Shown here in pieces: positions 47,396-58,020 of a stretch of 64,000 nucleotides of DNA; the first letter of the stretch is position 1, and every line of letters begins with the position of its first letter. A program made the translations under genes and the position numbers. Origin of the DNA: Octopus sinensis (taxonomy: Eukaryota); NCBI RefSeq assembly GCF_006345805.1, contig NC_042998.1:160704001-160768000 (forward strand). Reading direction: 5' to 3'. A model generated the notes under the pieces. It saw only the letters and a list, made by a program, of their open reading frames with translations. It searched no databases and had not been told where the DNA came from.

Positions 47396-50027
47396 ACTGC
47401 TGTTAGCTAATATAAAGACCTTTATTTTTTAAACTAATATTGTGCACATCAAAATAACAGTAAAACTTTTAACTTAAAAAGCTAGACACAAATATGGAAA
47501 TAAACATATGGATATGTTTCTGTCTTATTATTACCTCACCAGCAAAGCATAGATTTCCTTGCACATGCCAAAATAATAAAGAGAAAATCCCCAAGTATAG
47601 GATTGTTTAAAAATAAAATAATTATTTTGGTGAGCTTTCTAATGCTTCTTGCAATAAACATGCTAACACTAACTTAGCTATTGTCATTTTTATACAGATG
47701 GGTCTTCCAAGTTTTTCCCTAAAACAAAATTTTGCTACCATTTGTTTTTATGCTTCTGATTATAGTATATCTGTTTATGACTATATAACTGAAACATATA
47801 ATTCATTCAGATTTAGTAGTTAAATCTCTGAAAATAATATGATGTAACATCACATAAATAAGTTTTTAAACTTCAATTTTTCATGAAAAAACACACAAAT
47901 ACTCTCTCTTCCCTCTCCTCCTTGGTCTCTTACTTTCTTTTTGTATCTCTAACTTGAGAATCAATGTCTGTTCTTTCAGTTTCTTTTCATAGCAGCCTAT
48001 ATTCCATTGCCATTCTCATTAATTAGTTGTAATCCTCAATACCCTCCCCTCCTCCAGTTATTTCTCCTACTATTTCTTCCTCTTTTTTAGTTCCTGAATG
48101 AATTAGCACACAATACATTCAAAATTACACACACAAACACACACACACAGACACACAGACACACACACACACACACACACACCACACACACACCTGATTT
48201 TATAATACATTATTATGCTAAAACCAAATTTATTTACAATTTCGTCCATTTCCAACATTTTTCGTTCATCTACTCATTATTTATTTTTTAAGTGTCCATT
48301 ACATTTTTTTTTATTGTTGTTGTGAAACTTTCAACAGCTTTGAGATACACAGTTTAAGGAACATTTCAAACCTTATTATATTTGACATCCAGCTGCCTTA
48401 ATATACAAATACTTTCAAATGGCAGAAATTTTTATATATTTTTCTAATTTTATTTTTAATAAAAAGTCATGATTACTGTCCCTTAGGATATAGGCAGACC
48501 ACTGCATTGCATTGACTGTATGTTTAGAGAAGCCACTGTTTAGATAGATACATCTGTACTTCAACAGAAATTAAAATAGCAGAAGACAGTAAAGTATACC
48601 CTAAAGACAATGGTTATCTCTTATTGGGATTTCCCTTTGGTCTTTTTTCCCTCTCTCTCTTGTTACTAAACTATACTTAATCTCATATTTCCGTTCCTCA
48701 TTAGAAAGTTATAAAGAATGAAGGAGGTGGGGGAGGGGGAGGGAGAGAAAGCAATGAATGCATTCATTTCTATCCTCTTCTTTATTAGCAAACAATTGAA
48801 ATATTAAATTAGTCTTGTTGGCAAAGAAAAAGAAAAAAAATCAAGAAAGAAAGAATAAAAGATCTGTAAGGAATTTCACTTGAAATCTCTCCTAAAACAA
48901 AATAATTGTTATGCAAGTTGTCAGTTTTTATACAGATTCTGTTTGATTTATTTTTATTTTTATTTCAGTGCCTATTTTCATTAGTACAGAATGAAAATGA
49001 TAATAAAAAATAACACAAAATCCACAACATTAAGCTAGTTCAATGAGTGACATAGTTCAGTATTGTCATTATAGATTTACTTATGAGCATGAAAGATGAG
49101 AGAAGGGATTTAATAACTGCTATATTTGCTTCTGTTCTTGGATCAAGTAGTTTAAAGTTTGTTCAATGTCTTCATATTTAACCCCTTCTTCATTCAAGAT
49201 TTTCCTCTGAGCTATTTCCACTAGCTTTTTTAATGAGCAAAATACCCATTGATGGTTAGCATTCTTGAACATAGCTTCAACAAGTTTCTGTCTTCATATG
49301 TTGTGATATTAAAAGTGGCTTAAACATGATACAGAATAAATAAATAAATAACTGAACAAATAAATGAATGGTACTGTTTTTCCTTTTTGTTTTTGTTTCT
49401 GCTACACTTATGTTTTTCAAATCATTATTTAAACAGAAGAAAAGCAATATGAGCTACATTAAACCTTAAACTACTAGTATTTTTTAGTTTGTTTTTGTGA
49501 TAGTGACTTAGTTGGTCAGATGTAATATTAGTCTGAGAGTTATGTTTAAGTAATTTTATTGGTAAAATTATGTTTAAGTAATGTTATTGGTAAAGTTTTT
49601 GTCTTTTTTTATGCTCTGTGGCCTAGGATTGATTTTATAGGACATGTTTCACTTTTTAAAATTGGATAACCACAATCAGATTACTAGTTTAAAGCAACTA
49701 GCTTGTGTATAGGAAAGCAAACAGAATGGACTTGTTGCAACTTACGTTTTGCAATCTGCTTGAAACCTGATGTTTTCTTGTATGTATTGGACATAATACA
49801 ATCCTTTTGAAATAACAAATAACAAAATAAGGACTCTGGGTATGATGGTCCTCAGTGATATAAGGGAATGGGTGTATTCATGCATGTACATATAGGTGCA
49901 TGCACACACATGCACACATGTATATAAACATAAGTACTTATACATACATATACAAGCATATGTATATATGTATATATACCACTATCTCTCTCTCCCTCTC
50001 TCTCTATCTATCTATCTATCTGTCTGT

Positions 50028-50058
<31 letters not shown>

Positions 50059-50316
50059 CTTGCCTGTCTATCTAAATTATCAGATAGTTGTCCATAAGTC
50101 AGTGAAAAAAGAACACTCAATATGAGAAATAGAGTGGTCATATTTTTATATGCCACTGAGTATATTACTATCTGAGACTAATTAAGGTATATTACTAATT
50201 AAAGTATAAAACTGTTCAAAGTGTTACATTCGCTTGGTACCAATTATTCCTCTTGGCAATATTAATGACTCTTCACACATGCTGGCATTTCTGCTGGTAA
50301 CATTCTGGCCAGTTAC

Positions 50317-51621
50317 TACAGGAGGTACATTCAAAAAGCATCTGACTTTTGAGCATAAAAATAAAGAATTTTGTACATTTCACAAATTTTATTTAATAAC
50401 CTTCAAATTACTTCCCTTAGGAGTTCATACACTTCTTTCAGCAGTTCTACCACAACTGGTAACAACTCTAGAATGCTATGGATCTTCATTGTTGCATTTC
50501 TCATAATTTCCTCTTGCAACTCAAATTGCTTCCCTGTCAGCATGGTTTTTAATTTGAGGAAGCGACAGAAGGCACACAGTGCTAAGTTAGAGGAGTAGGG
50601 GAACCTGTTAAACAAGTGGTGTGTTGTTCTTAACAAAAGAGCTTGGATCTTGTGGGTGGAATGAGCGAATGCCAATTCTTTACTGCCCACATGTCCGGCT
50701 CTTTTCAACACACAGCATTATGAAGGCAACATATAACCTCCAGGTAGTATTCCTTATTGATTGTTTGGCTTTGTTGTGTGTATTCATGATGCACAATATC
50801 ATGTGAGTCAAAGAAACAGGTCAACATTATCTTCACATTGTTGCGATCCTGTCGTGCTCTTTCGGACCTTGGTGATGACGGATGCTTGCATTGGGAGGAC
50901 TGAAACTTAGTTTCCTGGTCATAACCATAAACCCATGTCTTATCACCAGTGATGATGGTCTTCATGAAGTCTAGATCCTGGCTTGCACAGTCCAGTATAT
51001 CCTGAACAATTTCCATGCAGAGTTGCTTCTGCTATCCTGTCAGCACCTTGGGATGAATTTCGCCAACATATTCCGCATGCTCAACTACTCCGTTAAAATG
51101 GAATTCACTGATCCGGTGTTTATTCCCACTTTGTGAGTAATTTCCTGGATTGTTACATGATAGTCTTCCATGACTTTTGCCAAACCTTCTCAATCAGCTT
51201 CTTGTTTTGGTTTGTAGATGGGCTGCCTGAGTGTGCCTCACTCTCTGCTGAGGTGCAGCCATGTTTGAAGCAGTTGTACCACTCCTTGATCTGAGTTTTG
51301 CCCAAAATATCATAACCAAAGGCTTGCTGAATTTTCTGCATTACTTTAGCTTGAGTATCACTAAGCTTTTGCCCAAATTTGATGTAATATCTCTGCCTGA
51401 TATGTTTGGTTATCTTGTATGAAAACAAAAATCTGATGAGTTCACATTACATGTCTGCACTTCAGATGTAATGGCTGAGAACTGATGCTACCTAACAGGG
51501 TGAAAATTTTAACATGTATGCAGAAGGAGTAGTATCACCACCCACCAAAAGGATTTTGCCCACATGGTGTTAGTTTTGGCAGGAAAAAATTAAGTTGGAT
51601 GCGTTTTGAATACATCTCACA
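50317..51621 (-). mobile_element. Near full-length dead mariner
   Basis: Degenerate TIRs (TA)CAGGAGGTACATTCAAAAAGCATCTGAC / rc TGTGAGATGTATTCAAAACGCATCCAAC. Transposase pieces RQRYYIKF, IITGDKTWVYGYD, KIMLTCFFD, PYSSNLALCAF, broken by frameshifts. Confidence 0.9.
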
Positions 51622-51799
51622 CAAAACTAGTAATATTCTGCTTAACAATATATATATATATATATATGCACATGTATTTGAGTGTGTGTGTATGCACATA
51701 CATGCATGTATATTTACTGTGTACCCTAAGTAGATGTACTTCTTTACCTTCTTAATCTGATTGCTTCTCACTCTCTAATCAACATTGTGTTATGTTTCC

Positions 51800-52510
51800 A
51801 GACCTCATGTATTTTGTTTTCATGCATTTCATTTTCAGCTCTACTGCTGAACTATGGGCGTTCAGCTCTGTCAGTATGGTCTGCAGCTAATCTGTAGTTT
51901 CAATGATGTCATTTGTGAATCTGTTGTGTGTTACAAGCTCACCACATGTCCAGTCAATATTTCCAGTGACCATTTCTAGACATGAAGGGATTCAGAGGGG
52001 TGGTATCTCCTTGTTTGACACCATTCCCTGTCAGAACTCTTACTGGTGGTGATAATAGAGGTACAGTAATCCCTCGACTATCGCAGGTGTTACGTTTCAA
52101 AACCACCCACAATAGGTGAAAATCTGAGAAAGTAGAAACAGTATTGTACTGTATATTTTTATTTTTAATTTTTATAATGTGTATGTATATTTATTTTATC
52201 ATAAATGCAAAACCACAGAGGAATCGACGTAAGCTTAAATGATAAACTGCGATATGGTGAGGGATTACTGAATATCAGTGATTCATCTAGTGTTCACATT
52301 TCTGAACATTTGGTAAATTACACCTCAGCACCTTGTATTTTCAGAAATTTCAGCATTGCATTCACTTTGATGCAATCGAAGGTCTTTCCATAGTTGATGA
52401 AAGTAATACACAGAGGCAGCTTGTCCTCTTTTGTTCATTCTATAAACTATGTTAGAGTGAATATGTAACTGATTGTTCTGTAGCTCTTAAGCAAGATCTG
52501 TTTTGCATGC
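51800..52510 (-). pseudogene. RTE RT-domain fragment split by a MITE
   Basis: TISYIFTL, LPLCITFINYGKTFDCI (IDYEKAFD), GVKQGDT, HNRFTNDII (RFADD), LQTILTEL..VELKM..MKTKYM. Confidence 0.8.
52064..52270. mobile_element. Tigger/pogo-like MITE
   Basis: TA|CAGTAATCCCTCGACTATCGC ... GCGATATGGTGAGGGATTACTG TIRs. Confidence 0.82.
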
Positions 52511-52769
52511 TGATATCAAAAATTGTATTCATCAAGAAAATGTTACATTTGTGAAAAAAATTCTGGTGAAAAGTTGAAATACTTCAAAAGGTTGGAAGAA
52601 ATTTAAAAAGATCCAAAAATAGTGCTGGTTTATTATTGACAAGGACATATAGAAAAAATAAGACATCACATATAAAATATATAGAAATATGTAAATATAC
52701 ATAAAATAACTGGAAGAGAAAGATGAAGTGTGAAAGCCAGCAAAATCTAGTATGTAATCTTTTATTTCT

Positions 52770-52975
52770 TTCAGCAACTTGGTTGTTGCCATGCTGGAGC
52801 ACTGCCTTAAAGGGTCTTAGTCAAACAAGTTGACTCCAGGACTTATTTTTTAAAGCCTAGTACTTATTTTATCAGTCTCATTTGCCAAATTGCCAAGTTA
52901 AAGGGATGTAAACACACCAACACTGGTTGTCAAGTGGTGGGGAAGATCAAACATAAATACAAAGACACACACTTA
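52770..52975 (-). mobile_element. SINE family B, 3' half
   Basis: GCCATGCTGGAGCACTGCC..GCCTAGTACTTATTTTATCAGTCTC..GTAAACACACCAACACTGGTTGTCAAG. Confidence 0.85.
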
Positions 52976-52986
52976 TAAATATATGC

Positions 52987-53041
<55 letters not shown>

Positions 53042-53059
53042 ATATATATTTCAAAATGT

Positions 53060-53220
53060 AACCACATGTGAATTGTTAGTGATTTTCTTCCTCCATTTTC
53101 CTGTCTATTGAACTTTCCTCTGTTTCCAAAGAAGAGCATCTGCTCGAAACATTAAACCATCTTTCTTTCCTTCTCTAATACGTTGTGTTTTTTGTGCTTG
53201 TTTTTCTTTCTGGGATTTAC
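53060..53220 (+). mobile_element. Putative Penelope-like terminal-repeat remnant
   Basis: Pyrimidine-rich segment flanked by TA microsatellites, with a hammerhead-like core at 53122-53157. Same layout as 57806-58020. Confidence 0.45.
53122..53157 (+). ncRNA. Fossil minimal type-I hammerhead ribozyme-like motif
   Basis: GTTT-CCAAAGA-A-GAGC(ATCT)GCTC-GAAAC-ATT-AAAC: stem I GTTT/AAAC, perfect stem II, GAAAC. The G5 and G16.2 deviations are both CG>CA changes. Confidence 0.5.
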
Positions 53221-53267
53221 TATATATATATATGAACGTATGTATATATCTATATAAGTATAAATAT

Positions 53268-54017
53268 TATTACAGTACAATAATATTATTTTCCAGTGAA
53301 ATAAATAATTCTACCATAAAGGTAGAATTAAATATAGGAAATAGTGGCACAACAAGGTACTAATTTTCACTGGAAATAGCAGTCAATAACTGTTCAACGC
53401 TAGGTAAAGCTTCAATGAATGCACAGAGGCAAAAATGTGTGGGGGCAGCGAATATAAAAAATTTTTGTCTTACCTCTAGGAAGAATACCAGAGAAATGGA
53501 CTTCCTAGTACTTCAGTTTCAATCTTTTCAGAATATGTTTGTTATCATAAAACTGATTGGTTCTTATCAGCTAGGTCAACCAATGAGACTAAATTTAAAA
53601 TATCTGCTACATCGATGCCTGTATACTTGGCCAATAGCCCCAGCCATAAACAAGACTGAGATCAGTGAAAAAGTTTTATATAAAAATATAAATATTATTA
53701 CAATACAATAATATCATTTTCCATTGAAATAAATCACTGTAAAGGTAGAATTATGAATAGGAAATAGTGGCACAACAAGGTACCAATTTTTGATGGAAAT
53801 AGCAGCCGATAACTGTTCGAGGCAAAGTAAAACTACACTGAATGTATAGAAGCAAAAATGTGTGGGGGTGGTGAATATAAAAGATTTTCGTCTTACCTCT
53901 AGGAAGAATGCTAGAGAAATGGACAACCTAGTACTCGAGTTTTGAACTTTTCAGAATATGTTTATCATAAAAGTAATTACTATTTCCAGCAAAAATTGGT
54001 ACCTTGTTGTGCCACTA
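53268..54017. repeat. Tandem duplication with 38-bp inverted terminus
   Basis: A ~290-bp unit recurs at ~430-bp period (53270 and 53697). 53765-53802 and 53980-54017 are inverted repeats (37/38). Confidence 0.88.
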
Positions 54018-54463
54018 TATATATATATATGTGTGTGTGTATGTATATAGGTTAAAGTAGAGAGAAAAGGCAAGCAATTAGGCAAAATATAACCAGAACA
54101 TGTAATTTGATTTAATTATCTAGTTTAGCTACCTACATAATGAACTGTTATGTAGCTAAATTAGACTGAATTAGATTAAATTAAATGTCCTTGTCATGTC
54201 TTGCTTAATTGTTTGCCTTTCCTCCTCACTACTTTAAAATATACCTACTGATTCAAAGGGAAGCCACCTTTAGCCATTGTGAACAAAGCATTTACATAAC
54301 CACAACTTCAACTGTGGTTCAAACTGGAATTTTGGTGGTACAGCTATTTGATCATTCAGAATGCATACTTATTAGTGTGTGTGTAAGTCGTTTAAAAGTC
54401 CATAAATCAAGAAAAAATTCACTTTCAATGGAGTTGGTATATTAATCGTATTGCATTGTATTG

Positions 54464-54708
54464 TATATCCATTATGGCCTAGATTACCGATCAGTTTTGC
54501 ACTAGAGATTCAATGGAGTGTTAGGTCACAGTCCAGTTATGTAACCCTGTTCTCATCAGAGATAGCCATTATGGAATGAAATATAGTGACTGTGGTTCCA
54601 TAACAGCTACCGCTGCTGAGCACAGGGTTACATAATCAGACTGTTACCTGACACTTTGTTGAACTCCTAGTGCAAAACCGATGGGTAAGATCAGCTATAA
54701 TGGATATA
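54464..54708. mobile_element. Foldback MITE (almost fully palindromic)
   Basis: TATATCCATTAT..GTTTTGCACTAG..TTATGTAACCCTGT.CTCA pairs with TGAGCACAGGGTTACATAA..CTAGTGCAAAACC..ATAATGGATATA. TA-rich ends. Confidence 0.8.
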
Positions 54709-54759
54709 TATAATACTGTAAACTTCAATTAATATATTTATATATATATATATTTGATG

Positions 54760-54908
54760 AGCCTCTTTCAGTTTCCATCTACCAAATCCACTCGCATAGT
54801 TTTGGTTGGCCAGATGCTATAGTAGGAGACAGTAGCCCAAGGTACCATTAAATGGAACTGAGCCCAGAACCATGTAGTTTGGAAGCAGGCTTCTTACCAC
54901 ACGGCCAC
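54760..54908 (-). mobile_element. SINE family B, 5' half
   Basis: CTTTCAGTTTCCATCTACCAAATCCACTC..CCCAAGGTACCA..AGAACCATGTAG..CTTACCACACGGCCAC. Confidence 0.82.
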
Positions 54909-55136
54909 TAATGAATACTTCTACCTTTGTTATTCTACTGAAATTTCTTCTCTGGTTCCTTTGTTATTAATTTAATAACTTGTCTAATTGAGTATCTGTT
55001 TTTTCTGCAAATTCTCATCCTTTCAGTTCCTGTAAGGACTGTTACTATCCTCATAGTTTCGTTCCTCAAACATCTGTCTTATAGCATTCACTTCCTTCTT
55101 GTTTGCTTGATGAATATAATTTTAGTTAATTTAAAC

Positions 55137-55369
55137 CAGTGTTTTTCAACCAGGGTTCATTTGGCCCTTGGGGATCCATATAAAATTTTGTTGCTAAAAT
55201 ATAATAATATAATACTCAGAATATTCTAATTTTTTAAATACGATTCCTAATAATATTTGATTATAAAAATATACTATGATTTTTTAAACATTGAATGGCT
55301 AAGAGGTTCAACCTGAGTAAAATAGGAATCAAAGGGGTCCATAGGTAAAAAAATGGTTGAGAAACACTG
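55137..55369. mobile_element. hAT-like MITE
   Basis: TIRs CAGTGTTTTTCAACCA / TGGTTGAGAAACACTG with 8-bp TSD ATTTAAAC / ATTTAAAT (7/8). A truncated related end lies at ~57531-57630. Confidence 0.87.
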
Positions 55370-55627
55370 ATTTAAATCTTGAGTTCATTGTCGACCTTCT
55401 CATGATTCTTAGAGAAGCTTCATATAAGATTTTCTTTTATTTTTGTTTTTTTTTTCCTTCTATAACTCTCAACATATGAAGTAGTTGCTTGAAGCTTGTT
55501 TTATTGTGGATTTGTTGGCAGTGACTTTCAACAGAAAAAAGGGGGAAAAAATGAAAGAGAGGAAGCAATAAATATGCACTGCTACTAAGAATAATATTTA
55601 GATAAGCAGACAGACAAAAACACAGAT

Positions 55628-55629
55628 AA

Positions 55630-55726
<97 letters not shown>

Positions 55727-55739
55727 CAAACAGATAGAC

Positions 55740-55798
<59 letters not shown>

Positions 55799-55825
55799 CA
55801 GATAGATAGATAGATAGATAGATAT
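55628..55825. repeat. (GATA)n microsatellite, ~200 bp
   Basis: Directly visible, with GACA interruptions. Confidence 0.98.
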
Positions 55826-56467
55826 GAAGTGAGAGGGAGATTATTGCTATTCAACTGATAAAGGATTAGGGTTTCTGAGAGATGGGCCCACTGAGCTATG
55901 ATATACTGTATCACATGACCAAATGGACAGAATAGTCAACATATCAGGTGCCCTAGAGACAAGAGAGAGAAAAAAAAAATCTCAAACAGAAAACACACTG
56001 TATTATTTGTGTGTCTGTTACTTATGTTTTTATGGTATGTCATAGTTGTAGTTTCATTTTGTTGTTAGTTATATATTAGATTTCAGAAAAAGTGTAAGGA
56101 AAGAATCGAAAATAGTGTGGGACTGTTGTTGACAAGGGCATATAAGAACCTCATAAATCTATTTTATCATTATTTGTTGTGTATTTTCATGTGTATATAT
56201 ATGAAACAGGATTACAATCACTTTCGTATAACAAGACAAATGTGTTTGTTTGCATATATCTTATATAAGTATGTGTGTGTGTGTGTGTGTGTATGTATGT
56301 GTGCTGGTTATCATGTAGACTACAACATGCAGCCTTATCTGGATTGAAACTCCAACAATAATGAACTGCATCAGTCTAATAAATACCACAGAAGAAAACC
56401 ATGGTAGGGTGCATTGAAAAATATAGTCCTGGATGTACAAAACAATGGTCATTGATCACAGATCTTC

Positions 56468-56692
56468 TTAACACTTAAGCATTTAAACTGGTCATATCTG
56501 GCCAAAATATCCTAACTGTTTTATGTTCAAACCAGCTAGATCTGGCCTTTCATACCTACCCTAATTCATTCTAAAAATAAATTATTACATCATCCAAATC
56601 TCAAAGCTATGTGATAATGTAGGATTAATTCAAAACAATGTGAATAAATAGGTATTACATTTGCCAGAATAGTCTGAATGTTAATAGGTTAA
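56468..56692. mobile_element. piggyBac-like MITE family 2
   Basis: Homologous to 26863-27086 (AGCATTTAAACTGGTCATATCTGGCC..TCTAAAAATAAA..GATTAATTCAAAACAAT..GTCTGAATG..GGTTAA), TTAA at both ends. Confidence 0.8.
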
Positions 56693-56744
56693 TCAGCACT
56701 AACTCAGGGCTAAACAACAATAGCAGCTATTCTTTCTTACTCTT

Positions 56745-57160
56745 TTACACTTTTACTTGTTTCAGTCATTTGACTGTGGTCATGCTGGAGCACTGCCATT
56801 AGTCGAGCAAATCGATTCCCAGGACTTATTCTTTGTAAGTCTAGTACGTATTCTATTGGTCTCTTTTGCCGAACCGCTGAGTTACGGAGACGTAAACACA
56901 CCAGCATCGGTTGTCAAGTGATGTTGGGGGGACAAACACAGACGCACAAACACATACACACACATTCATATATATATATATATATATGTGTGCATATATA
57001 CGACGGGCTTCTTTCAGTTTCCGTCTACCAAATCCACTCACAAGGCTTTGGTTGGCCTGAGGCTATAGTAGAAGACACTTGCTCAAGGTGCCATGCAGTG
57101 GGACTGAACCTGGAACCATGTGACTCATAAGCAAGCTACTTATCACACAACCACTCCTCT
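56745..57160 (-). mobile_element. SINE family B, full length, well preserved
   Basis: CACTTTTACTTGTTTCAGTCATTTGACTG..GTCGAGCAAATCGA..CGACGGGCTTCTTTCAGTTTCCGTCTACC..CTGAACCTGGAACCATG..ACAACCACTCC. Confidence 0.92.
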
Positions 57161-57805
57161 GCCTTATGTACTAAATTTTAACAAAACATGGAACTCTAAA
57201 GAGATTAACCACCTAAATATATAAATCAATCCTAGATATAGGATTAAAGCTATACCTCTTATGCCTCTTTGATCGATCAGTTAAGACCTTATTCATTCAA
57301 CAAGTACAATTCTATAGGATGGTATATTTTGTTCAAATAATATGTTAGGGGACTGAAGTAAGTTTCACCAGCAGTAGCTCATCAGACAAACAATGAGCTT
57401 CTGTGGGTGAAACTTTGAAGTCATAGCCACTCTTTATTTTGTTTGAATGAAACATTGTGTAATTACAATATTCTTATAAATACTCTCTAATTATGGGTCA
57501 ACAAGATAGTGAGATTAATAAGTTGTTAGATCAGGGTTTCTCAACCATTCTTTTTCCTATGGACCTCTTTGGTTTCTATTTTATTTGGATGAACCCTTCT
57601 AACCATTCGATGTTTAAAAAAATCCTATAATATGGTGGCTGTATGGTAAGAGGCTTGCTTCCCAATCTCATGATCTTGGGTTCAATCCCACTGTGTAGCA
57701 CCATAGGCAAGTGTCTTGTACTATAACCTTAGGCTGACCAAAGCCTTGTGAGGGGATTTGGTAGATGGAAACTGAAAGAAGCTCATTGTATACATACATA
57801 CACAC

Positions 57806-58020
57806 CTCACCATGCTGGACTGTGGAACTTTGCACATTTTTTCTCTCTCAGTTTTTTCATTCTCATTCCATCTCTTTCCTCTTAATCCTTTCTGTCGAAG
57901 AGCATGGGTTTGAAATGTAAAAGACTTTTCCATTTTTCCCAAGTGTTAAACTAATATACCTGCTTATTGTTCCTACACCTGTCTTCGTCATTTGTTTTCT
58001 GTAAGCTTGAACTATAATTA
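57806..58020 (+). mobile_element. Putative Penelope-like terminal-repeat remnant
   Basis: Pyrimidine-rich segment inside a TA/CA microsatellite, with a hammerhead-like core at 57888-57923. Confidence 0.45.
57888..57923 (+). ncRNA. Fossil minimal type-I hammerhead ribozyme-like motif
   Basis: CTTT-CTGTCGA-A-GAGC(ATGG)GTTT-GAAAT-GTA-AAAG: stem I CTTT/AAAG, GUA cleavage triplet. Spacing is identical to 53122-53157. Confidence 0.5.
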
